32,000 bases of DNA from assembly GCF_000019345.1 (NCBI RefSeq), contig NC_010503.1:300001-332000 (forward strand), read 5' to 3'. A program made the position numbers and the translations under genes. This stretch comes from Ureaplasma parvum serovar 3 str. ATCC 27815. Its GTDB lineage: Bacteria > Bacillota_I > Bacilli_A > Mycoplasmatales > Mycoplasmoidaceae. Below the pieces are notes generated by a model that was not told the origin of the DNA, did no database searches, and saw nothing but the letters and a program-made list of their open reading frames with translations. Positions within the stretch are counted from its first letter, which is position 1. Each line of letters begins with the position of its first letter. Below, in pieces: positions 1 through 9,057 of this stretch.

Positions 1-597
1 ATTTTTTTTAACAATTGCCTTGGCATTTTTTACAACTGGTAAAGATTCTCCTGTTAAAATAGCTTCATCTACTTCAAGTGATGAGCTGTTCACTAATAAA
101 GCATCAGCTGGGACTTGATCACCAGCTTCTAAAATCAAAACATCACCCATTACAACTTGGTTAGAATTAATAATTCTAATTTGATTATTACGTAATACTT
201 TGACCTGATGAGACGCTAATTTAGACAATGCATCCGTATTTTTTTCAGCTTTCACTTCTTGAATGGTACCAAAAATTGCATTTAACAATAAAATAAAACA
301 TATTATTCCAAATTCTACATATTGAACAACTAATTCAGCTGTATCATGAGGAGGTTTAATAATCACTAAAGCTAAAGTAACAGCAGCAGCGATTACAAGT
401 AAAATAACCATAAAATCTAAAAACTGCTTTAAAAATTTTGTAATAATGTGGGATTTTTTTTTCTTTTTGATTTCATTAAAACCATAAATTTGACGACTTT
501 TTAAAACCTGCTCATCATTTAGACCTGTTGATGGATTTATATTTTCTGGATCAAATGACATAAAGGAGTCGGTTTGATTTTCATTATTTTTTTTCAC
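1..597 (-). CDS. P-type (E1-E2) cation-transporting ATPase, N-terminal part; gene continues beyond the window start
   Basis: Reverse-strand translation from GTG at 597 (GGAGG at 604-608, 6 nt upstream; alternative in-frame ATG at 561). It reads MKKNNENQTDSFMSFDPENINPSTGLNDEQVLKSRQIYGFNEIKKKKKSHIITKFLKQFLDFMVILLVIAAAVTLALVII...VMGDVLILEAGDQVPADALLVNSSSLEVDEAILTGESLPVVK. That covers the cation-ATPase N-terminal domain, the first TM helices and the actuator TGES motif. Absent from the ORF track. Confidence 0.8.
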   Translation of the reverse strand, partial: MKKNNENQTDSFMSFDPENINPSTGLNDEQVLKSRQIYGFNEIKKKKKSHIITKFLKQFLDFMVILLVIAAAVTLALVIIKPPHDTAELVVQYVEFGIICFILLLNAIFGTIQEVKAEKNTDALSKLASHQVKVLRNNQIRIINSNQVVMGDVLILEAGDQVPADALLVNSSSLEVDEAILTGESLPVVKNAKAIVKKN

Positions 598-652
598 TTA
601 AAACCTCCATTGGTTTTTAAATTAAACTATAAGAAAATTATTAAAATTTAAC

Positions 653-688
653 TTAGTCATTTATTATAATATATAACTGTATGACTAA
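653..688. promoter_or_regulatory. 8-bp perfect inverted repeat (TTAGTCAT ... ATGACTAA) bracketing a TATAAT box in the divergent ATPase / yneF-engB intergenic region
   Basis: TTAGTCAT at 653-660 and its exact reverse complement ATGACTAA at 681-688. TATAAT lies at 665-670 between the arms, about 80 nt upstream of the ATG at 748. Confidence 0.25.
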
Positions 689-747
689 ATATTATATTTA
701 ATAATGTCAATTAAGTAAATAAAAAGTAATTTTTTTTAGGGGTAGTT

Positions 748-1077
748 ATGAATTTTTCAAGTTTTATATTTAAAGTTTCTGATGTTTTTAAATCAGTTAT
801 TCATGAAGCTTCAGATGTTGTTACTAAAGCAGATTTAGATAATGCTAATGCACATACACATTCATTAGCAGTTGGCTTAGGTATTGGAATTGTTTTATTT
901 TTAATCGCAGGACTTATTATCGGTTATTTTATTTCGATGAAAATTATGAAACGCCAATTGAAGAAGAATCCACCAATTTCAAAGGATACAATTCGTATGA
1001 TTTATCAACAAGTAGGACGTAAGCCAAGTGAGTCACAAATTAATGAGATTTATAATCGGGCAGTAAAACAAAAATAA
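748..1077 (+). CDS. Small membrane protein, UPF0154/YneF-like
   Basis: 109-aa ORF with one central TM helix (LAVGLGIGIVLFLIAGLIIGYFI). It is followed by KIMKRQLKKNPPISKDTIRMIYQQVGRKPSESQINEI, the conserved C-terminal signature of the YneF/UPF0154 family as I recall it. AGGGG lies upstream of the ATG. Confidence 0.65.
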   Translation: MNFSSFIFKVSDVFKSVIHEASDVVTKADLDNANAHTHSLAVGLGIGIVLFLIAGLIIGYFISMKIMKRQLKKNPPISKDTIRMIYQQVGRKPSESQINEIYNRAVKQK

Positions 1078-1081
1078 ATAT

Positions 1082-1708
1082 ATGGCAAAATTTATTAAAT
1101 CTGCACACTATTTTGACCAATATCCAATTGATAAGCAGTTTGAAATATGTGTAATTGGTAGATCAAATGTCGGTAAGTCAAGTTTAATTAATGCATTAGC
1201 AAATAAAAAAATTGCAAGGACTTCAAATACGCCTGGAAGAACACAGTTAGTAAATTTTTTTGATTTCAATAATTTTAGATTGGTTGATTTACCGGGATAT
1301 GGGTTTGCAAAAGTTAGTAAAGAAAAACAAACGGATTTAGCAGCCATTATTGATCAATATTTAGGGTATCGCCAAAACTTGTGTGCTGTTTTTCAAATTT
1401 GCGATATTAACGTATTAACAAATGATGATGTAGAAATGAGTCGATATTTTGAGAATCAAAAATACGCTCATTTTGTTGTTTTAAATAAATTAGATAAAGT
1501 TAATAAATCATATTTTAATAATAACAAGCATAAAATAGCTAAATTTTTAAATATTAGCACCGATCGTTTATTATGTGTTTCTGCACAAAATAATATAAAT
1601 ATTATCACATTATTTGCGTTAATGAAAAAAGTTGTAATCCAAGCAAAACAAGAAAAAATACTTTCAAAAAAAGAGGAGAAGATGAGTAGTGAAGAAGAAA
1701 TTAAGTAA
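1082..1708 (+). CDS. engB: Ribosome-biogenesis GTPase EngB (YsxC/YihA)
   Basis: 208-aa ORF with P-loop GRSNVGKSSLINAL, TPGRT (G2), DLPGYG (G3) and NKLDK (G4). The N-terminus and size are typical of EngB. Confidence 0.9.
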   Translation: MAKFIKSAHYFDQYPIDKQFEICVIGRSNVGKSSLINALANKKIARTSNTPGRTQLVNFFDFNNFRLVDLPGYGFAKVSKEKQTDLAAIIDQYLGYRQNLCAVFQICDINVLTNDDVEMSRYFENQKYAHFVVLNKLDKVNKSYFNNNKHKIAKFLNISTDRLLCVSAQNNINIITLFALMKKVVIQAKQEKILSKKEEKMSSEEEIK

Positions 1709-4313
1709 GAAGTATTCATTCAAAGAGGTTGAAGCTAATAAATTATTGTTTTGACAAGAAAATAATTTATTTAAAGCTCAAATAAATAGTACAAAAAAAC
1801 CTTTCACAATTGTTTTGCCCCCTCCTAATGTTACAGGTCATTTACATATTGGACATGCCTATGATTTTACCTTATCTGATATTTTAATGCGTTATAAGAA
1901 ACTAAAAGGATATGATTCCTTTATTATTCCTGGGACAGACCATGCAGGGATCGCAACACAGACAAAATTTGAAAAAAATTTAAAAGTAAACGCACAAACC
2001 AATCGTTTCAATTTAGGGCGAGAACTGTTTTTAGAAAAGTTAAAAATTTGAAAAGATGAACAAATTAATTATATTCATAAACAATGAAATGCTTTAGGTT
2101 TGGGTTTAGATTATAGTAATTATTTATTTACATTAGATCCAATAGTTGTTCAAACAGTGCGCGAAGTTTTTGTAAAAATGTTTAATGAACATATTATTTA
2201 TCGTGATAAAAAATTAGTTAATTGAGATATTCAATTAAAAACGGCAATTAGTAATATTGAAGTGATTCATAAAGAAGTTGAACAAAAACTGTATTATATA
2301 AAATATTTAAGTCAAGATCAAAAGGATTTTGTTGTTGTAGCCACTTCACGCCCTGAAACTATGTTTGGTGATAAATATTTAGTTATAAATCCTAAAGATA
2401 AACGTTATTTTCATTTACATAATAAAATTTTTATTAATCCAATTAATAATATAGAAATGACTGTTATTTTGGATGATTATATTGATATTGAATTTGGAAC
2501 AGGAGTGATGAAGTGTACGCCTGCTCACGATTTTAATGACTATGAATTAGCTAAAAAACATAATTTAGAAATTATTAATATTATGAACGCTGATGGTACT
2601 TTAAATGAAAAATGTGGGGAATTTAAGGGTTTAGATCGATTAGAAGCTCGTTCTTTAATAATTGATAAATTACAGAAAAATAATCATTTATTAAAAGTAG
2701 AATCTTATCGAACCAGCGTTGGTTTTAGTGAGAGAACTAATGAAATTGTTGAACCTTATTTATCACATCAATGATTTATTAAAATGGATAGTTTAATAAA
2801 AGATACAATCAAAATGCAAGATGATTGTAATAATAAAGTAGATTTTTATCCAAATCGTTTTAATAAGACTTTACTTACATGATTAAAAAATACAGAAGAT
2901 TGATGTATTTCAAGGCAATTATGATGAGGTCATCAGATACCTGTTTGATATCATAAAAAAACTAATCAAATTTATTGTGACACTATTCCCCCAAAGGATT
3001 TAGAAAATTGAATTCAGGATGAAGATGTTTTAGATACTTGGTTTTCAAGTGGAATGTGACCTTTATTAACGACAAAATGAAATTATAATAGTCATTTTTT
3101 TGACCGTTATTTCCCTACATCTTTAATAGTTACAGGTATGGATATTTTATTTTTTTGAGTCTCAAGAATGATGAACTTTAGCCAATATTTGGTTGAAAAA
3201 AAACCTTTTAAGGATGTTTTAATTCATGGTTTAATTCGTGATTCACAGGGACGTAAGATGTCAAAATCATTAGGGAATGGTATTGATCCTTTTGACATTA
3301 TTGATAAATATGGATTAGATGCTATGCGTTTATTTTTTGCATCATGTACAACAATTGGTGAAGATTTAAATTTTTCAACAGAACGATTAGGCGCTAATTG
3401 AAATTATTTAAATAAAATTTGAAATATTGCTAAATATATTGAAAATTTAGATGAAATTAACGATAATCTTAATTTTGAAGATGTTGATAAATTTTGTGAC
3501 GTCAATAAATGAATATTGACTGAATTATCAAAATTAACCTTGGAAATTAATAAAAATATGGATAAATATAATCTAGTTGTTGCTACAAAATATTTATATG
3601 ATTTTATCTGAAATACTTTTGCGAGTTATTATTTAGAGTACACAAAAGTTTTATTACAAGATTTAACATTAAAAAATGAAACAATTAAAACAATTCGCTA
3701 TGTATTTAATAAAATTTTAATCATGCTACAGCCTTTTGCTCCTAATATTAGCGAAGAAATTTGATTATGTTTAAATCAAACAAATAATTCAATATTATTA
3801 CAAGAATATCCAATAATTAATTTTGAGTTTGAAACAATAATTATAGATAAGATTGCGAAAATTATTTTAGAAATTAGAAAGCTACGATTAGAAGAAAATA
3901 TTAATAATAGAATCAATCTTTGTTTTGAATTAATATCACCCAATGATGCATTTTATAAATCAAAGATAAAATTAGTTAATTTGTTATTAATCTTAGTTAA
4001 TGCTGAAATAAATGAAATTAAAAAAACAAGTTCTAATAATTATACTTATGAGCTAGTTATTGATGATTTTATTCTTAAAACTTCGTATGAAAAACCGATT
4101 GATTATGTTTTTCAAATGAAAAAAGCTAGTGAACAGTTAAACTATTTGGAAAACGAAATTCAACGAGCAACTAATTTATTAAATAATTCAGGTTTTATCA
4201 ACAAAGCCCCTGCTCAATTAATAATTAAAGAAAAAAATAAATTAATTAATTTAAAAAAAGAACACGCAAATTTATTAAAAACTCTTACTGACTTAAAACA
4301 AAAGGTGAAATAA
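1689..4313 (+). CDS. valS: Valyl-tRNA synthetase
   Basis: Track pieces 1815-2051, 2262-2774, 3168-3401 and 3981-4313 share one frame and are joined by in-frame TGA codons. Motifs: [14 protein letters not shown] (HIGH), KMSKS and a C-terminal coiled-coil. The first possible start after the upstream in-frame TAA (1635) is GTG 1689, with GAGGAG at 1673-1678, giving [28 protein letters not shown]. It overlaps the engB 3' end by 20 nt. Confidence 0.9.
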
Positions 4314-4317
4314 TGTT

Positions 4318-4836
4318 ATGTTAAATATTGTTTTATTTGAACCAGAAATTATTTTAAACACTGGTAATATCGCTCGTATGTGTGTAGGTTTTGATGCAAA
4401 TTTACATCTTGTTAGACCATATGGATTTATTTTAGATAAAAAACGTTTTCACAAAGATTTTATACGTGCCTCAACCAATCATTTAAATGCCTTAAAATTA
4501 TATGAATATGATGATTTTAATGAATTTATTAATAAAAACAACATTAGTGGTGATGAAATATATTTTTTTACTAGATATGGTACTAAAACTCCGTGCGATT
4601 ATCAATATCAAAATATAATTCAACATAATGTATATTTAGTTTTTGGTAAAGAATCAACAGGGATAGATCATAATATTTTAAAAAAATATCCTCATAATTG
4701 GATCCGTATTCCTACAAGCATTAATTTGAGAAGTTTAAATATTGCTAATAGTGTTGCTATGGGAATCTATGAAGTAGTGCGGCAAAATAATTTTAAAGAT
4801 TTATTCAAATATGAACCTCATAAGAAATTTGAGTAA
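4318..4836 (+). CDS. trmL: SpoU/TrmH-family tRNA (cytidine/uridine-2'-O-)-methyltransferase, TrmL-like
   Basis: 172-aa ORF. The N-terminus MLNIVLFEPEIILNTGNIARMC and the C-terminal IPT...RSLNIANSVAMGIYE match the small SPOUT TrmL/CspR class. Confidence 0.75.
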   Translation: MLNIVLFEPEIILNTGNIARMCVGFDANLHLVRPYGFILDKKRFHKDFIRASTNHLNALKLYEYDDFNEFINKNNISGDEIYFFTRYGTKTPCDYQYQNIIQHNVYLVFGKESTGIDHNILKKYPHNWIRIPTSINLRSLNIANSVAMGIYEVVRQNNFKDLFKYEPHKKFE

Positions 4837-4841
4837 TTTTT

Positions 4842-5516
4842 ATGCGTTTACGAAATAATGCCAATGCTCCACTTTATTTAAAATCACAACACGAATATAT
4901 AATTAATGATCCACACCTTTTAAAAGATAATTTAGGAAAAATTTTTAAAAATCCTGAATTGCCTCTTTATATTGAAATTGGAATGGGTAAGGGTGATTTT
5001 ATTATTGAAAATGCCTTACGAAACCAACAAATTAATTATTTAGGTATTGAAAAATTTCCAACAGTAATTGTTAAAGCTCACAAAAAAGCTTTAAAACATA
5101 AATTAGATAATTTAGCAATGATTTGTTTTGACGCAAATAAAATTTTAGAATTATTAAATTCTGAAAGTGTAGATAAAATTTATTTAAATTTTTCTGACCC
5201 CTGACCTAAAAAACGTCATGCAAAAAAACGACTGACACATCCGTGTTTTTTAGAGAAGTTTGCAGTTATTTTAAAACAAAATGCTCTTGTTGAATTTAAA
5301 ACAGATAATGAAAATTTATTTATGTATACTATTTATGATGTATTGCTAAAGGATTTAACAAAGTATGAAATTTTATTTTTAACTTATAATTTATACACAC
5401 TTGTTAACAATGTTGAATTATTAAAAAATATTCCTACCGAATATGAAAAAAAATTTGTTATGCAGGGCGAGCGTATTAAAAAAGTCAATTTTCGTTTTCT
5501 TAAAAATAATCAATAA
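4842..5516 (+). CDS. trmB: tRNA (guanine46-N7)-methyltransferase
   Basis: Pieces 4842-5204 and 5322-5516 are in one frame, joined through TGA. The junction reads NFSDPWPKKRHAKKRL, the hallmark TrmB motif, with its Trp encoded by TGA. EIGMGKGDF is the SAM-binding motif. Confidence 0.9.
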
Positions 5517-5552
5517 AAAGATAACTATAATGTTATAATTATATGGTTATAT

Positions 5553-5632
5553 GGCGGTTATGGTGAAGTTGGTTAACACGCCTGATTGTGGCTCAGGTAT
5601 TTTCGCGGGTTCGAGTCCCGTTAATCGCCCCA
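5553..5632 (+). tRNA. tRNA-His (anticodon GUG), with encoded G-1 and encoded 3' CCA
   Basis: Hand-folded cloverleaf. Acceptor GCGGTTA (5554-5560) pairs with TAATCGC (5622-5628), and the extra G5553 sits opposite discriminator C5629, which is His-specific. Anticodon arm is CCTGA-TTGTGGC-TCAGG with GTG at 5588-5590. T arm is GCGGG-TTCGAGT-CCCGT. CCA lies at 5630-5632. TATAAT-like boxes occur at about 5528-5540. Confidence 0.8.
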
Positions 5633-5646
5633 TTAAAATTAAAAAA

Positions 5647-5679
5647 ACTTAATGTTATAAAAAAACATTAAGTTTTTTC
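5647..5679 (+). terminator. Rho-independent terminator after tRNA-His
   Basis: ACTTAATGTT ... AACATTAAGT hairpin immediately followed by a T-run (TTTTTT). Confidence 0.55.
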
Positions 5680-5763
5680 TTTGTATAAATAATAAAGATT
5701 TAAAAAGTTAATAATTTAGTAAAATTTTATATATCTTATCTTAATTATTTATAATTTATTATT

Positions 5764-6435
5764 ATGATCAATAAAAACAAAAAATTTCATTTTCAGTATT
5801 TTAAAAAAGATAACGATCAATCAATTTCTACTAAAGAAACATTAAAAAGATATTTTAATTTTAGGTCTCAAAGTGTAAAATTGATTATTTTTAATTTAGT
5901 TTTAACAGCATTTTTTCTTGCATTATTTTTAATTGGTCGTTTTTTAACTAAAAATTTAGATTTTTTAAATGGTTTTAGTTGACAATTGCAAATGGGAATT
6001 TTTGTTTTAGCAATCGTTTGTATTCCCAATTTTTATTATAAATTAATGTATTATATTATTGCGCCGTTAGTGATGTTAGCAATTGGTTTTAGTGCTGAGC
6101 CCTTCTTTGGATATTTAATGCCACATTATGGTTTTGGTTTAATTTTATTTACGGATGTCATTTTAATTATTGTTAAAAAGTCATGTCAGTCAATTAAAAA
6201 GCAAATATTTTTATCCTATTTATTAATTTTTAGCTTTTCAATCATTGGTTATTTTATTGTTTGAATGGGCTATAGTATTCAAGGAACACTTTTTTACAAT
6301 ACTGCTTTTATTCCTTCTATGATTTATAATTCTTTGGTAACTTTTGGTTCAATGGCAATTAATTTTGTATTATATATAATTTCAATTCCCGCTATTGTTG
6401 CCTTAAAAAACAAATATTTATGTAAATTAGTTTAA
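5764..6435 (+). CDS. Hypothetical polytopic membrane protein (possibly ECF S-component-like; not established)
   Basis: Pieces 5764-5982 and 5986-6264 plus a tail to TAA 6433-6435 are in one frame, joined by TGA codons. About 223 aa with 5-6 hydrophobic segments after a basic N-terminus. No diagnostic motif recognised. Confidence 0.6.
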
Positions 6436-6482
6436 AATTATAAAAATAATTTTTTACATTATTATTTATTTATAGACAGGAG

Positions 6483-7856
6483 ATGTTTATGTTTGATCAA
6501 ATCTTTAAAAAAAGGAAACGTCATTTAAACTTTCAAATTTTTATTTTCTTTTTTGTTTTAATATTAATTACTTTTTTGATTTTATGAATTATTTCAGGTA
6601 ATGTTCAAACAATTATTGATTTTATTAAAAAAAAGATTTATGATGCTAGTCCACAATTAAAATATTTAACAAATATTCAGATCAAACCTTTTAAAAATTT
6701 AGAAGAAATTTTTGATTTTATTATTAAAAATAAGAATTTGATTAAAGATTTACAAAACGAACCTGAAATTTTAGATGTTATTAAAAACAATCCACAGATC
6801 TTAAAAACACTTAATGATAACCGCGAATTTTTAAAACAAATTGTTGAATATAAGCCATTTGCTGAAATTCTTAGCAAGCAACCTGAAATTTTAAAATTTG
6901 TTCAAAATAATAAAGAATTAATTAAACAGATACAAAATTTACCTGAATTATTAGATTTAATTAAAAAACACCAAAATTTAATTGATCACTTAAAAACTAA
7001 CGAAAAATATATAGAAGTTATTAAAGCTAATCCTCAAATGTTAAAAGATCTCTATCATGTAGATGATAATTTATTTAATATTATAAAGACAAGCTTAGAA
7101 AATGATAAAGAAAATAATATTTTAATGTTGGCTATTAAATATTCAGTATTAATTAATAATTTTACTAAGAATTTAACTTTACAAGAATGAAAGCAAATAA
7201 TAGAATTTTATAAAACAGTTGATTTAAATAAATTTATAGTTGATGATAATTTGTTTAATATTATTAAAAATAATAATCAATTATTTGAAGTTTTTTTAAA
7301 TAATTATGACTACATAAAAAATCTTGAGGACAATCAAAAAATTATTGATATTATTCAACAAAATCCTGATTTAATTGATGATTTTAAAAAGATTGATTTT
7401 GATCTTTTAACACAAAAAAGGAATTTTGTTCGTGCACTAATTAAAATAATTGATTATAAACAACCCAAAGAAATTCAATTCCTTAACAAAAAAGTTTTTT
7501 TAGATTTCTTTAAAAATAAATCTGAAATTACCAATGCTTTAAACATCACATCTTTAATTGGATTTGTATTGTTTATAGTAATTTATACAATTTTTATTTT
7601 TGCATCTTTTATTTCTCATATTCTAATGTTAAAACAAATTAAAGATTTTAATAAAATTTTTAAAGAAGCTAAATTAAAAAAAATATATCTTATAAGCACT
7701 TTATTATTACAATTTTTATTTTTAATTTTATTCATTATTAATTTTATAGTATTAATTATTCTAGTTGTAGATTATAATAAATTGAAAGCAATAGTTTTAA
7801 ATAGTGGTATAAAAAGAAAAGTGGAGGATAGTGATGCAAGATTGCATTTTTTGTAA
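6483..7856 (+). CDS. Membrane protein with a long array of about 10-residue helical repeats (hypothetical)
   Basis: ATG 6483 or 6489 (AGGAG at 6478-6482) runs through pieces 6738-7190 and 7251-7856 in one frame via TGA codons; about 457 aa. The N-terminus has KKRKRH plus a TM helix. About 250 aa of degenerate decapeptide repeats follow, then two C-terminal TM helices. Confidence 0.7.
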
Positions 7857-8292
7857 AATTTTAAAAGGTGAAATTATTTCAAAAATAATAGATGAAAACG
7901 AATTTGCTATAGCAATTTTAGACATTCAACCTGCAAGTGATGGTCATATGTTGATTATTCCTAAAAAACATTATCGCAATTTTTCACTAACTGATCCTAT
8001 TTATCTAGATGGTATGATGCGTTTAGCAAAAAATATGACATTTGTTTTAGAAGAAGTTTTTCCTAATGTTTTAGGTTTTAATTATTTAATGAATTCAAAT
8101 TCTAGTGCTGGTCAAGTAATCATGCACACACATTTACACATCATTCCAAAACAAAGTAATGGACGTGGTTTTGTTTTTAAAGCAATCAAAGAAGAAGGCG
8201 ATATTAGTAATATTGATGAAATTTATAAAAAAATCATTATTAAAACACAAAAATTAAAAAAATCACGTTTAAGTAAGCATTATATGGTTTAA
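7834..8292 (+). CDS. hinT: HIT-family (histidine triad) nucleotide hydrolase/transferase, HinT-like
   Basis: MQDCIFCKILKGEI..., IPKKHY and the histidine triad HTHLHIIPK. GGAGG at 7822-7826 precedes ATG 7834 (the track starts at GTG 7831). The start lies inside the last 23 nt of the upstream ORF. There is a basic C-terminal extension after the triad. Confidence 0.9.
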   Translation: MQDCIFCKILKGEIISKIIDENEFAIAILDIQPASDGHMLIIPKKHYRNFSLTDPIYLDGMMRLAKNMTFVLEEVFPNVLGFNYLMNSNSSAGQVIMHTHLHIIPKQSNGRGFVFKAIKEEGDISNIDEIYKKIIIKTQKLKKSRLSKHYMV

Positions 8293-8301
8293 TCAAAAAA
8301 T

Positions 8302-9057
8302 ATGGAACAAATTAGAAATTTAATTGATTTACAAATCAAACTAAAACCAATCCAAAAAGCATTTTATGATGCGTGATCAAAAACATTTATTAATGGAATT
8401 GATAATAATAAAGAAACTCATGAACAAAACAAAAAAATTATTTTAGAAATTTATATGATTTTAAAAGTTTTTTTAAACAAAAACCGAGATATTATTTCTA
8501 AAATTCCATTAAATCAAGTTAAAAAAATAGCTAATGACATTTTAGAAAAAGAAATTATTTTAGAACAGCCTTTAGTTGATTATTATTACCAAAGTTCATC
8601 TTGTTTTATTTTAATACCTTATTTGATTCAAATTCTTTATCAATCTTATCACCTTAATAAACCAATTTATAAAATAATGTGTAAATTTATTATTAGAAAT
8701 AATTTAGCATTATTTAAAGAATGAGATTTAATTGAACGTCAAACATTGGAAATTATTAAATTAAAAACAAATTTAATTGAAGATAACAATAAGGCAATCA
8801 ATTTATTTAGTTGTGAACAACGAGAATTACAACACAATCGTTTTGTAAAATTATTTAATAATTTTATTTTAGTGTATTGAACTAAACGAGAAGTTAAATA
8901 CATAGAGGCAATTCGTTTTTTGATGTATTTTATTTGAATTCCTATCATTTTTATTGTTTTATTAATTTTGATTTTAGGTTTATATTTTGGTTTAAGTAAT
9001 AGTGAATCCTTAAAAAGTTCAACACAATTCTTACTAGATTTGTTTATTATTAATTAA
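8302..9057 (+). CDS. Hypothetical protein with a C-terminal TM anchor
   Basis: ATG 8302 sits 9 nt after the HIT stop. Its frame is shared with piece 8455-8724 and continues through TGA codons to TAA 9055-9057; about 251 aa. The C-terminus carries the TM segment FLMYFIWIPIIFIVLLILILGLYF. No recognisable domain. Confidence 0.55.

Noticed and set aside
454-462. Homopolymer tracts as possible phase-variation switches: T9 at 454-462 in the ATPase 5' coding region, an A7-G-A8 run at about 10535-10550 in the 10525 gene, and T8 at 730-737 upstream of yneF
   Set aside because: Runs of 7-9 A/T are common in this composition and mostly encode lysine runs. Without strain or read-level length variation there is no evidence for slipped-strand regulation.
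1108-1719. Track ORFs 1108-1347 (-) and 1468-1719 (-)
   Set aside because: They are antisense to the well-supported engB gene, and their low-complexity hydrophobic translations are typical of AT-rich antisense frames.
6677-6877. Track ORF 6677-6877 (-)
   Set aside because: Antisense to the repeat-protein gene, with no start context or homology.
8739-8948. Track ORF 8739-8948 (-)
   Set aside because: Antisense to the 8302-9057 ORF, which is better supported by operon context. No recognisable features.
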